In this document: positions 47,195 through 56,518 of the stretch, piece after piece
How positions within the stretch are numbered: the stretch's first letter is position 1
How the letters are laid out: every line of letters starts with the position of its first letter
NCBI GenBank assembly: GCA_963666115.2
Contig: CAXXET010000008.1
Coordinates: forward strand, 32,001-96,000
Origin: Dehalococcoidia bacterium
Lineage (GTDB): Bacteria > Chloroflexota > Dehalococcoidia > UBA6926
Reading direction: 5' to 3'
Length of the DNA: 64,000 nucleotides
Translations under genes and position numbers: made by a program
Notes under the pieces: generated by a model
What the model saw: the letters and a program-made list of their open reading frames with translations, nothing else
Told to the model about the DNA's origin: nothing
Databases searched by the model: none

Positions 47195-50100
47195 ATGACA
47201 TCAGAACACGGCGGAACGGCGAACCCGGCGCAGACGCGCGATGAACTGGTTGCCCAGTTGCTTGCGCTGCCCGCGGCTGTTGGGCAGGCCTACCAGGGCG
47301 CGACTGACCACGTGGAGCACCGCCTCGGCAGTGACGAGCATTACGACCGGTGGCTGTCGGCGGCCCTGGGCATTGCGGGGGCCTCGTTCCGCGCATGGGA
47401 GGCCGCCGCTGAGTACGTGCGCTCCTCACCCGCCGTTCTCGATGCGCTGGAGAGGCCGCAGGAGGCGGCGTCCTGGTACGAGAGCGGCCGCGCGCTATCG
47501 GCTCACTCAGCCGCCCTTGCCTCGTCGTTCTTCCGCGCCAGCGCCGGCTTTCTTGAACGCCGCGATGTTGGACGCTTGCCCGCGTGGATATCAGCCGCTG
47601 AAACGCTTTTCCACGGAACATGGAAGTCCGGTGCGCTGGCCGCCCGGTTCTTTGAGGTCAGCCCCGCCCTTCTTGATCACGTGCGGCTGAGCGATCTCGC
47701 TGCCTTCGCAAACTTCCTCGATCACGTCGCGCAGCACTCCAGCGAACTCGCCGAGGAGTGCCTGACCATGGCCCCGGACTCGCTGCCGTACGTCGATGAC
47801 GAGACCATCGACAGATACCTGGAACTTCTTGGCGAGACCGCCAACCGCAACTGGAAGTACGCCAAGGAAACGCAGCGCGCCGCCGCCGTCGCGCTGCCCC
47901 GCATCGCCCGGTCCGAACGCCAGCGCTTCCTGACCTTCGCCATCAACCTGGCTGGTGACGGCGGCAAGCGCTACCTCTCTTTCCTTGCCGAAGGCTCCCG
48001 CGCCATCAGCGATTTGCCGCTCTTCATGCACCGGCAGGCATTGGATGACTTCGAGGTGCTGTGCGGGCTGTCCGAGGAGGCCGCCGTCGAGTTCCTCCGC
48101 GCCGCCCCCCAGGTCCTGGACCGCATCGACCCTGACAACCTCAACCGGTGGTTCTCCGAGGGCGTCACGATGCTCGAGCGGAACGAGGCCGCCGGCATCG
48201 CCTTCTTCCGGCTGGAATCCGCGCGCGGCGAGGCCCTGCTCCAGGAACTCTCGGCAACCGTCAGCCTGGAGGACGTCGCGCCAATCCTGCAGATGTACGC
48301 GCGCGGCCTCACCGGCGGCGATATGCAGCTCCGCCCCACACCGGAACTCGCCAACCGCAGCATCGGCTGGGCCACGGAGGACCGCGCCTCAACCGACGGA
48401 ACCAACATCTTCCTCCCGCCGGAAATCGCGCTCTTTGAGAGCAAGGACGACAACTTCGGCTGGTTCAAGGTTCTCTGCACCCACCAGACCGGCCACCTTG
48501 AGTTCGACAGCTTCACGTTCAACTTCAACCGCGCCGGCAATATCTTCCCGCTCACGCGCCCGGCCCTCGCCGAGCGTGTCGCGGAGCAGAACGCCGGCGG
48601 AGCGAACCGTGAGCCCGTTGTTGCGGCGCCCAACCCGGAAATGACCGGCGTGGCCACTGCCGTTCTCTCGGACTATGAGCGATTCTTTGACCTCTTCCCG
48701 GAGCGGCGTCTCGCGTCCGACCTGTTCGCCGCGCTGGAGGACGCCCGCGTCGACCACCTCGTCAGGCAGCATTACCGTGGACTGCGCCGCGCCTACGGAA
48801 TGGTGCAGGCCGCCGCCGTGATTGGCCGCCCCGCCCCCCAGCAGCTTCCCCTCCGCATGGCCCTCGTCGAGCTGCTCATCCGCATGACCCTGCTCGAAGG
48901 CGACAAGAAGATCCCCGTCCCCCAAAGCCTGTATGACGTCGTCCAGCGCATGGCCGTCATCCTGGCTCGCCTGCGCCACGACGAGGCGACGGTGGAGGAC
49001 TCTGCCGAGGCAACCGTTATCCTCTATCGCCTGTTGATCAATGTGCCGAACACCATGCCGCAACCCGATCTTGATTGGGACGAGATGGAGCTTGATGAAC
49101 TTGGCGGCGAGGCCGCGCAGGGCCTGCAGGAGGCCGACAGCGCCCAGATGGGCGGCGAGGAGTTCGTGCCCGGCTCCGGCACGGAACAGGACGTGCCGTA
49201 CCAGTCGCCGGAGGACGTGGACTACCGCGGTGATTTCAAGCCGGAGCTCGTGCAGACGATCGCCAACCTCCGCAAGGGACAACAGCGCGCGGAGGACAGC
49301 GTGCAGGCCCCGCCGCTCACCGAGGAGATGGTGCGCCAACTCCTGGAAAAGAGCGCGGAAATCGACCTCTCCAGCGTCGTTGAGGGCGATATCGACGATC
49401 CCAGCGGCCTCTTCATCTCAAGCCTGATGAGCGAAGCCATCGAGGGCCCCGACGCCGAGTTCAATGACGAGATGGGCGAGGTCGGGAGCGGCGGCGGTGA
49501 CGGCGAAGAGAACGAGGAGTCGCTGGAAGAGCAGGAGCAGACGGCCCTCTACGATGAGTGGGACTTCGTGGCGCTTGACTACAAGCCCGCGTGGTGCCGC
49601 GTCCGCGAATCCACCATGGCGGAAGGCTCCGCAGAGTTCTATGAGCAAACCATCGAGCGGCACGCCGGCCTCATCAACGAGGTGCGGCGGCAGTTCGAGA
49701 TGATGGTGCCGGAGACCTACCGCAAGGAGAAGCGCCTCACGGACGGCGAAGAATTCGACCTGGACGCCGTGATCGATGCCATCGTGCAGAGACGCGCCGG
49801 CGCGACACCCGACGACAAGGTCTACTGGCGGCGCAACAAGACGGAGCGCGACGTTGCCGTCATCTTCCTGCTGGACATGAGCGCGTCCACCGCCGAGGCC
49901 ATTGAAGAACGCTCGGATTACGACGATGACGATGAGGACATCCCGGACGATCCCCGCCAGTACCTCTTCTGGCTGCGGTCTCGCCGCGAACAGCAGAAGC
50001 GCTCCTATCTCCGCATCATCGACCTGGAGAAGGAATCAACCGTCCTGCTGATCCGCGCGCTGGAGACCATCGGCGATCAGTACGGCATCTACGGCTTCTC

Positions 50101-50536
50101 CGGCTACGGTCGTGAGAACGTGGAGTTCTACAGCGTCAAGGGCCTGGAGGAGCAATTCTCAGACCGCGTCGCCAAGCGCATCGACGGCATTACGCCGCTG
50201 CACGCGACGCGCATGGGCCCGGCAATTCGCCACGCGACCGCCAAGCTGGACGACGTGAGCGCCAAGACCAAGGTGCTGTTCCTGATCTCGGATGGTCGGC
50301 CGCAGGATCGCGGCTACAGCCGAGAGGGCGCCGAAAAGGAATACGCCGTCCACGATACCCACGATGCGCTCGTACAGGCCAAGGCCAAGGGCATCATCCC
50401 CTTCCTGCTCACGGTTGACCGCGCCGGCCACGACTACATGAAAGAGATGTGCGGAGACCTCCCCTACGAAGTCTTGGCAGACATAGAACTCCTCCCCAAG
50501 CGCCTCCCCCAACTCTACTCCCGCCTAACCCTGTAG
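47195..50536 (+). CDS. Large NorD/CbbO-like vWA-domain protein
   Basis: YDEWD, LLDMSAST (MIDAS), TRMGPAIRH, ISDGRPQD; long helical N-terminus. Confidence 0.85.
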   Translation: MTSEHGGTANPAQTRDELVAQLLALPAAVGQAYQGATDHVEHRLGSDEHYDRWLSAALGIAGASFRAWEAAAEYVRSSPAVLDALERPQEAASWYESGRALSAHSAALASSFFRASAGFLERRDVGRLPAWISAAETLFHGTWKSGALAARFFEVSPALLDHVRLSDLAAFANFLDHVAQHSSELAEECLTMAPDSLPYVDDETIDRYLELLGETANRNWKYAKETQRAAAVALPRIARSERQRFLTFAINLAGDGGKRYLSFLAEGSRAISDLPLFMHRQALDDFEVLCGLSEEAAVEFLRAAPQVLDRIDPDNLNRWFSEGVTMLERNEAAGIAFFRLESARGEALLQELSATVSLEDVAPILQMYARGLTGGDMQLRPTPELANRSIGWATEDRASTDGTNIFLPPEIALFESKDDNFGWFKVLCTHQTGHLEFDSFTFNFNRAGNIFPLTRPALAERVAEQNAGGANREPVVAAPNPEMTGVATAVLSDYERFFDLFPERRLASDLFAALEDARVDHLVRQHYRGLRRAYGMVQAAAVIGRPAPQQLPLRMALVELLIRMTLLEGDKKIPVPQSLYDVVQRMAVILARLRHDEATVEDSAEATVILYRLLINVPNTMPQPDLDWDEMELDELGGEAAQGLQEADSAQMGGEEFVPGSGTEQDVPYQSPEDVDYRGDFKPELVQTIANLRKGQQRAEDSVQAPPLTEEMVRQLLEKSAEIDLSSVVEGDIDDPSGLFISSLMSEAIEGPDAEFNDEMGEVGSGGGDGEENEESLEEQEQTALYDEWDFVALDYKPAWCRVRESTMAEGSAEFYEQTIERHAGLINEVRRQFEMMVPETYRKEKRLTDGEEFDLDAVIDAIVQRRAGATPDDKVYWRRNKTERDVAVIFLLDMSASTAEAIEERSDYDDDDEDIPDDPRQYLFWLRSRREQQKRSYLRIIDLEKESTVLLIRALETIGDQYGIYGFSGYGRENVEFYSVKGLEEQFSDRVAKRIDGITPLHATRMGPAIRHATAKLDDVSAKTKVLFLISDGRPQDRGYSREGAEKEYAVHDTHDALVQAKAKGIIPFLLTVDRAGHDYMKEMCGDLPYEVLADIELLPKRLPQLYSRLTL

Positions 50537-50563
50537 GGGACGCGCGTCGTGTACCATTGGTGT

Positions 50564-50845
50564 ATGACACGCACAAACATAGACATAGACGACGAAGCCT
50601 GCGCCGAAGTAATGCGCCGCTACGGCCTCTCCACCAAGCGGGAGGCGGTCAACATGGCGTTGCGCCGCGTCGCCGGAAGGCCGATGACGCTTGAACAAGC
50701 ATTGGCCATGCGAGGAACCGGTTGGGACGGTGATCTGGATGAGATGCGGGCGATGTCTCCGCAGCTTGAAGCCTGGATCAACAGACCGGAAGACGAGGGG
50801 TTGCCTGGCCTAGAGAAGTATTTGTCTTCCCGCCCTTTGGCGTAG
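50564..50845 (+). CDS. VapB-family antitoxin with no adjacent toxin
   Basis: [10 protein letters not shown]...[11 protein letters not shown]...[10 protein letters not shown]. Confidence 0.8.
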   Translation: MTRTNIDIDDEACAEVMRRYGLSTKREAVNMALRRVAGRPMTLEQALAMRGTGWDGDLDEMRAMSPQLEAWINRPEDEGLPGLEKYLSSRPLA

Positions 50846-50908
50846 CCACCGTCCCTTACTCCGCCCCCTCCAGCATCCACCACTGGGCGCTGTGTTAGCA
50901 CGCCTGTC

Positions 50909-50937
50909 TTGACATTTGACGTCTAGACGTCTAAGCT
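50909..50937 (+). promoter_or_regulatory. Sigma70-like promoter with a 14-bp palindrome in the spacer
   Basis: TTGACA(50909-14)-17 bp-TAAGCT(50932-37); GACGTCTAGACGTC at 50918-31. Confidence 0.7.
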
Positions 50938-50946
50938 GGCCTCGCT

Positions 50947-52092
50947 ATGAGCGTTGCGGAAGGACGATACGCGCCGGGAACTGTACGGGACGGCATCGTG
51001 CTGGTGCTTTCGCGGAGCGCGGCGCCGCTGCCGGTTCGTGAGATTGAGCGCCGCGTCACAGAGGTCATCGGCCCCACGCCTGCTTCGTCCGTCAGATCGT
51101 TCCTCAGGCTGAACACGCCGAACCTGTTCGTGCGAGAAGCGCGAGGCGTGTACAAGCTGAGCGCGACCGATTCCCTGGGCGCGCAGACCCCAATCACCGA
51201 CGGCGCGGGATGGGAAGACCGGTTTACATACGGCGACGCAACGCTCTATCGCGCGGATTGCCTGACGTGGCTCGACCATCGAGAGGACAATAGCTTGCAC
51301 GCCGTGGTGACTGATCCACCGTTCGGCCTGCACGAGTATTCGGCAGAGCAGCAGGCAAAGCTGCGGGCAGGGCGGGGCGGCGTGTGGCGCATCCCGCCCG
51401 CGTTCGACGGGGTCGCCCGCTCCGCCGTGCCGCGATTCACGACGATGAACGAGGAGCAGATACTGGAGCTTCGCGCGTTCTTCTTCACGTGGGCGCGGAT
51501 GCTGCGTCCCAAACTGGTGCCGGGCGCGAACGTCATTGTCGCCTCGAATCCCCTGCTGTCCTACGTGGCGTCCGACGCGCTGGCGGATGCCGGATTGGAA
51601 CGCCGCGGAGAGATCGTGCGGTTAACGATGACCCTTCGCGGCGGGGATCGGCCAAAGGCGGCGCATGAAGAGTTTCCCGACGTGAGCGTCATGCCGCGCT
51701 CCATGTGGGAGCCGTGGCTTGTCTTTCGCAAGCCGCTGGAGGGAAGCGTCAGGGAGAACCTGCGCAAATGGGGAACGGGCGGGTTCCGCCGGCCAAGCCC
51801 CACCAGCCCATTTGGCGACGTAATCCGGTCGGCGCCCACGCGCAAGGCGGAACGAGACCTTGCGCCGCATCCCAACCTCAAGCCGCAAGCGTTCCTGCGC
51901 ACCATCGTGCGGGCCGCCCTGCCGCTTGGGACGGGCGTGATCCTCGACCCGTTTGCCGGGTCAGGCTCGACGCTTGCCGCCGCCGAGGCCGTTGGCTACC
52001 GGAGCGTCGGCATCGAGCGGGACGAAATCTACTTTGACATGGCAAAAGAGGCTATCCCAAAGCTGAGGCGCTTGGGCGTCAGGCAGGATTAG
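50947..52092 (+). CDS. Amino (N6-A/N4-C) DNA methyltransferase, beta-class motif order, with N-terminal wHTH-like domain
   Basis: VTDPPF, HPNLKP, LDPFAGSGST; N-terminal LPVREI...ASSVRSFL. Confidence 0.88.
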   Translation: MSVAEGRYAPGTVRDGIVLVLSRSAAPLPVREIERRVTEVIGPTPASSVRSFLRLNTPNLFVREARGVYKLSATDSLGAQTPITDGAGWEDRFTYGDATLYRADCLTWLDHREDNSLHAVVTDPPFGLHEYSAEQQAKLRAGRGGVWRIPPAFDGVARSAVPRFTTMNEEQILELRAFFFTWARMLRPKLVPGANVIVASNPLLSYVASDALADAGLERRGEIVRLTMTLRGGDRPKAAHEEFPDVSVMPRSMWEPWLVFRKPLEGSVRENLRKWGTGGFRRPSPTSPFGDVIRSAPTRKAERDLAPHPNLKPQAFLRTIVRAALPLGTGVILDPFAGSGSTLAAAEAVGYRSVGIERDEIYFDMAKEAIPKLRRLGVRQD

Positions 52093-52696
52093 GCTCCTTG
52101 TAAACCCAACTTTCGCGCAGTCTGCGGATACCGTCTTTGTGCAGTGTGGCGGTTCGCGTTCCCAATTCGCTCCGGGCGTTGCGCCGAAAATCATCCACGG
52201 TTACCTGGCCGAGATAGACCTCTGTGAACGTGAGCGGCGTGCGATCACGCGCGGGCTCAGTCGTGTTGTCCACGGTATGCACGAATACGCACAGCCACTG
52301 GTCACGCGCACCGTGCGTGTCGACGGCCCCGCCCGCCTTCCTCGTTGACTTTACCTCCACGCCCTGCTCCCCGGACTGGACGGCATTGTTGGGGTAGACA
52401 CCCTGCACGACCAGGTCAGGATGGCCGTTGTGGAACCGGTTTGCGGTAAGCGTGCGGGCGTGCGTGGCCAGTGAAGCTGTCAGCATGTCTGAGAGCAAGC
52501 CGGACAGGGCGGCGGGCCGCAGCATATCGTCCAGCCGCTCCAGGCCCCGCTCAATCAGGCGTGAGTTCACGTCGAAGAAGAAGTCATAGACATCCTGCAT
52601 GGCGAGCTGGAAATCCTCTACTCGCAGCCCGTACGGCAGGGGCAGAGCTTGGTTGAAATTCGCAGTGCGGACTTCGTTGCGTGGAGTTTGAGTCAC
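52079..52696 (-). CDS. Putative type II restriction endonuclease
   Basis: HPDL...GVEVKST motif; convergent, 14-bp overlap with the MTase. Confidence 0.65.
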   Translation of the reverse strand: MTQTPRNEVRTANFNQALPLPYGLRVEDFQLAMQDVYDFFFDVNSRLIERGLERLDDMLRPAALSGLLSDMLTASLATHARTLTANRFHNGHPDLVVQGVYPNNAVQSGEQGVEVKSTRKAGGAVDTHGARDQWLCVFVHTVDNTTEPARDRTPLTFTEVYLGQVTVDDFRRNARSELGTRTATLHKDGIRRLRESWVYKEPNPA

Positions 52697-52713
52697 TTGA
52701 CTAGGTGCCCTCC

Positions 52714-53553
52714 CTACTCACTCTGAGGTCCCCCCTCCAGCATCCGCCACCACCCCGCCAGATCCGCCGCCGCCTGCAGCAGCTGCCCCGGCCGACGTAT
52801 CCCGTCCTCCGTGATCACGTGATCCACGTATTCCGGCGGGATGATGTCCAGTTCAGGGGATGATGCGCCGTCGCGTGACGCCGGCAGCCATGGCGCCAGC
52901 TTGAGTGTGTCCGCGAAGAAATGGACGGGCACGGGCGAGTCGCGCCGCGCAGCCGCCTCCACCAGCGCAAGCGTCCCCGCGTCCGCCGCCATCGACCCGT
53001 CCGCCAGGAACGCCGTGCAGCCGAGCAGCACGATGTCGCACCCGGCAAGCGCATCACTAATGTCGCTGTGTGAGTCCCCGCCGGCTCCGTTTGGGGAAAG
53101 TCCCCCAACCGTGCGGAGCTCCCGGATCCCGTCTCCGGCCAGCGCAATGGCCGCCCGCACACTCTCAGACCGCCCCAGCGTCGTGACCGTCGCGCCCTCC
53201 TCGATGAGCGGCTGCCCCCGCCGACCGAGCGATGCCGGCGTGTCCCCCAGCAGCCGCGCCAGCCGCGCCACGCTCCGCGCCGCCGCCGCCATCCGATCCC
53301 CGGACCGCGCCTCCCGCGCCGTCCGGTAAGCCGAAACCCCCACGTTTCGTATCGCCACAACCTCCGGGCGCGCCTCCGCAATCGTGAACGCGATCTCCCG
53401 CAGCGGCTCCGGCTCGCCGATATACATTTCCGTCAACGCGCGATGCAGCAGCCGCGCGCCCCGCGCCGCGATGCCCACCGCCGTGTCGGAGCGCTCATCA
53501 CGCAGGGCGTCCGCCTCCCGCGCCAGCTCATCCCACTCCATCGGCGCCCTCAT
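52714..53553 (-). CDS. Degenerate eIF-2B-like (IF-2B family) protein
   Basis: ARPEVVAIRN, VTTLGRSESV, DIVLLGC, DIIPPEYVDHVITEDG. Confidence 0.65.
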   Translation of the reverse strand: MRAPMEWDELAREADALRDERSDTAVGIAARGARLLHRALTEMYIGEPEPLREIAFTIAEARPEVVAIRNVGVSAYRTAREARSGDRMAAAARSVARLARLLGDTPASLGRRGQPLIEEGATVTTLGRSESVRAAIALAGDGIRELRTVGGLSPNGAGGDSHSDISDALAGCDIVLLGCTAFLADGSMAADAGTLALVEAAARRDSPVPVHFFADTLKLAPWLPASRDGASSPELDIIPPEYVDHVITEDGIRRPGQLLQAAADLAGWWRMLEGGPQSE

Positions 53554-54425
53554 TCCCCGTCCGCCTCGGAACGCGTCAGGATCACGTTGTCCAACAGCCG
53601 CGTCCGCCCAATACGCACGGCAGTCGATGCCATCGCCCCGTCCGCTGCATCGCCCTCGACCTCTTGGAGCGTCAGCGCGTCCGCCACGGAAACGTAGTCG
53701 ATAGACGCGATGAGCGGCTCCGCATCCAGCGTGGAGCGCATCGCCTCACGGAGCGCGTCCGCCCGCGCCTCACCCTCGCGATAGAGGTCCAATGCCGCCG
53801 TCAACGCGCGGTACACAACCGGCGCGGCCTGCCGCTCCTCCACTGTCAGATACGTATTGCGGCTGGACATGGCGAGGCCGTCCGGCTCCCGCACCGTTGG
53901 CGCGACGACAATCTCCCCCGGCACGTTCAGATCGCGAACCATGCGCCGCACGACGGCGACCTGTTGCCCGTCCTTCTGTCCGAAATACGAACGATCCGGC
54001 TGCACGATATTGAACAGCTTGAGCACCACGGTCGCCACGCCCATAAAATGCCCGGGCCGCACGGCCCCCTCCAGCCGGCTGGCAATATCCCCCGGCACGA
54101 CGTAGACGTCCTGCTCCGGCGGCGGATACATCTCTTCGGGCGTGGGATGGAAGACCAGGTCGCACCCCGCCGCGTCCAGCATCGCCAGATCTCTCTCCAG
54201 GTCGCGCGGATAAGCCGCAAAGTCCTCGTTGGGGGCGAACTGCGCCGGATTCACAAAGATCGACGCCGCGACGACGGCATTCTCCGCCCGCGCCCGCCGC
54301 ACAAGCGAGATATGCCCCTCATGCAGAAACCCCATAGTCGGCACAAACCCAAGCCCCCCCGCCAAGCGCGCGAAGCCCCGCGCACGGCGGAAGTCTTGGA
54401 CAGTTGTGATTAGCTGTAAGGCCAT
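53550..54425 (-). CDS. panC: Pantoate-beta-alanine ligase
   Basis: FVPTMGFLHEGH, RPGHF.GVATVV.KLF, FGQKD, GLAMSSRN. Confidence 0.97.
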   Translation of the reverse strand: MALQLITTVQDFRRARGFARLAGGLGFVPTMGFLHEGHISLVRRARAENAVVAASIFVNPAQFAPNEDFAAYPRDLERDLAMLDAAGCDLVFHPTPEEMYPPPEQDVYVVPGDIASRLEGAVRPGHFMGVATVVLKLFNIVQPDRSYFGQKDGQQVAVVRRMVRDLNVPGEIVVAPTVREPDGLAMSSRNTYLTVEERQAAPVVYRALTAALDLYREGEARADALREAMRSTLDAEPLIASIDYVSVADALTLQEVEGDAADGAMASTAVRIGRTRLLDNVILTRSEADGE

Positions 54426-54615
54426 GACATCTCAGGACATTGTACGGGCGCAAGCGTGGCATTGTCGGGGGGAAATGGTGGGGCGCGAACGGCGTCGGCC
54501 CGAAATTGTCCAGGAAACTGGGGCTAACAGCAGGGTCATCAGCGGCAATAATGGTAGTCCGCCACTGTCGGATCGTCATCGGCGGCGGCAAGTCTGAATG
54601 AAAGGAGGTGAAAGC

Positions 54616-54786
54616 ATGGTACAAAATGACGAGGCGGTGAGGCGGTCGAACCAGTTGAACCCGAACAACCGGGAATACTGGAGGTCGCGAGGGTTCAATG
54701 ACCGCCCGACGGATTGGCGGAAGCGGGCAAAGGCGCAGCAGCCCCAACCGAACCGGCAGGCCAAGACGAACAACCGGAAGAAGTAA
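54616..54786 (+). CDS. 56-aa basic Asn/Gln-rich protein with NQLNPNN..YW.SRG motif
   Basis: Very strong RBS AAAGGAGGTGA; MVQNDEAVRRSNQLNPNNREYWRSRG. Confidence 0.75.
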   Translation: MVQNDEAVRRSNQLNPNNREYWRSRGFNDRPTDWRKRAKAQQPQPNRQAKTNNRKK

Positions 54787-54794
54787 GGAACGGA

Positions 54795-54850
54795 CGGGAG
54801 TGCCGGCGGCCCTGGGCGACTGGCGCTCCCGCAATGCAGGCGTGATTGCG
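54795..54850 (+). other. Two adjacent hairpins between peptide gene and HTH-TPR gene
   Basis: CGGGAGTGCCGG...CTGGCGCTCCCG (with G-U pairs) and CGCAAT...ATTGCG; no U-tract. Confidence 0.5.
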
Positions 54851-54857
54851 AGGGGCA

Positions 54858-56507
54858 ATGACTGAACCGCTGAATTCTGGGTTGGGAATCCATGGGCGGC
54901 AACTGCTTGGCCAGGCTGTCAGGCTCTTGCGGCTGGATCACGATGACCTCAAGTCAAGGACCGCGCGGCGCTTCTTTTCGGGAGCCGAAGTCAATACGTT
55001 CGATCACAACCAGATTATGTCTGCCGTCGCCGAGTCCCTTCTACGCAGCGGTATCTTGCCAGAATCCATCGTTACCTATCCAAGGATCACCCATACCGAC
55101 ATCTTGAAGGTCGCCATCGAGCATTGGGTCAACCGATGGGATCAGATGATTGCGTTTCTCCAGAACGAAACGGGAGGCAGCGAGCATCCGGCTGTGATTG
55201 TAGAAGGAATCGTTCGCCTGCAGATCATCGACCTCTCCCTGCGCGTCTTTTCAGCCTTGCGTCTTGGCGGAACTGAAATTGGCGCCCAAAAGAAGATGCC
55301 GTGGGCGCGCAAGGACGGGACAAAGAGGATTTTGCGTGCGCTGGTACGCGACGCCGGAATCACCCGCGACCAGTTGGCTCGGGAAGTGGCAGTATCTGAA
55401 ACGACAGTCGACAATTGGCTGGATGGCAAAGCCCTACCGTCTGCCCAGAACGCCAAGGTGATTGCCGGGGAGATAGGGCGTCGACATCCGAAATGGAACT
55501 TGCATGAGATCGAAAACGACCTGCGGTTAGCCCGCCTGTTTTCGGAGATGGGCAAGCGATTGGAATTTCTGGTTGATTCGAGCAAATTCGAGTCATTTGC
55601 TGATGCGCTGGTTCGGTTCGTGTATCGGCTAAACATGGATGTGCGACGCTCGGGCAGGCCGCCAATCCAGGAAGTCTCAGGCTTGGAGGCACAGACCCTC
55701 GTCTATGGAGTCGAATGCCCGCAAATCCATTCGCTATTGGAGAATCTGGCCCGCAAGGAGCGCGATCCTGAATGGAAGCGCTATATTCGTGCGGCGAACC
55801 AGAACTGGCGCTTCGCCCTGCAAGCCCTCTCAGCACAGGCGGCAGGCGACCAAATGGCAGCAGGTTTGGCTCAAGAGCCGCCACAGTCTGAATCCGATCC
55901 GCCGCCCGACAGGCTCAAAGATCTGATTCCCAAGTCATTGGCCCGACTGCCCGTCAGTTCAGATTTACGTGAGATGATTCTCGACATCGCAAGGGCGGCG
56001 GACTCACGACGGGCCCTGGTAAAGGACTACCCATTGAGCGCCAGGGCGCACATGGCATTGGGGTCTTTCCTGGGCATGATGGCCAAGCACCGCCAGAACC
56101 GGCAGATGCTTGAAGAGGGTATCGCTGAATGCCACATCGCAGCGGAATTAGCGCCTGGCTGGGATAATCCGGCCGTGGAACCGGGGATAATCCTCGCGAA
56201 TGTTGGGGAGTTCAATCGGGCGCTGGAGGAACTGGATGAGGCTGAGAGCCGCTTGGGCGCGCCGACTCCTCACCTGAATCATGTTAGGGGCTACGTGCTC
56301 ATGGAGCTTGGCCGTCATGGACAAGCGCTAGAGAATTTTGAAAGCGCCATTGAGTCCGCCCCGGAGTTTGCGCGAGCGTATCTCTACGGCGCTCGCTGTG
56401 CATTTGCCGTGGGGGACAAGCGCGCGGGTATTCGCTACGCGAAAGCCGCCCGTAGGTTTGGAGAACCGGGCGAGTACATCGCATGGAAGCTAGGCAAATA
56501 TCGCTAG
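54858..56507 (+). CDS. Protein with central XRE-type HTH and C-terminal TPR-like repeats
   Basis: GITRDQLAREVAVSETTVDNWLDGKALP; RGYVLMELGRHGQALENFESAI..APEFARAYL. Confidence 0.75.
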   Translation: MTEPLNSGLGIHGRQLLGQAVRLLRLDHDDLKSRTARRFFSGAEVNTFDHNQIMSAVAESLLRSGILPESIVTYPRITHTDILKVAIEHWVNRWDQMIAFLQNETGGSEHPAVIVEGIVRLQIIDLSLRVFSALRLGGTEIGAQKKMPWARKDGTKRILRALVRDAGITRDQLAREVAVSETTVDNWLDGKALPSAQNAKVIAGEIGRRHPKWNLHEIENDLRLARLFSEMGKRLEFLVDSSKFESFADALVRFVYRLNMDVRRSGRPPIQEVSGLEAQTLVYGVECPQIHSLLENLARKERDPEWKRYIRAANQNWRFALQALSAQAAGDQMAAGLAQEPPQSESDPPPDRLKDLIPKSLARLPVSSDLREMILDIARAADSRRALVKDYPLSARAHMALGSFLGMMAKHRQNRQMLEEGIAECHIAAELAPGWDNPAVEPGIILANVGEFNRALEELDEAESRLGAPTPHLNHVRGYVLMELGRHGQALENFESAIESAPEFARAYLYGARCAFAVGDKRAGIRYAKAARRFGEPGEYIAWKLGKYR

Positions 56508-56518
56508 AGCCTCCCCCC

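Noticed and set aside
8606-47621. Long antisense ORFs (e.g. 8606, 13345, 20317, 28163, 34047, 40310, 46080)
   Set aside because: Shadow frames of high-GC genes with no recognisable motifs.
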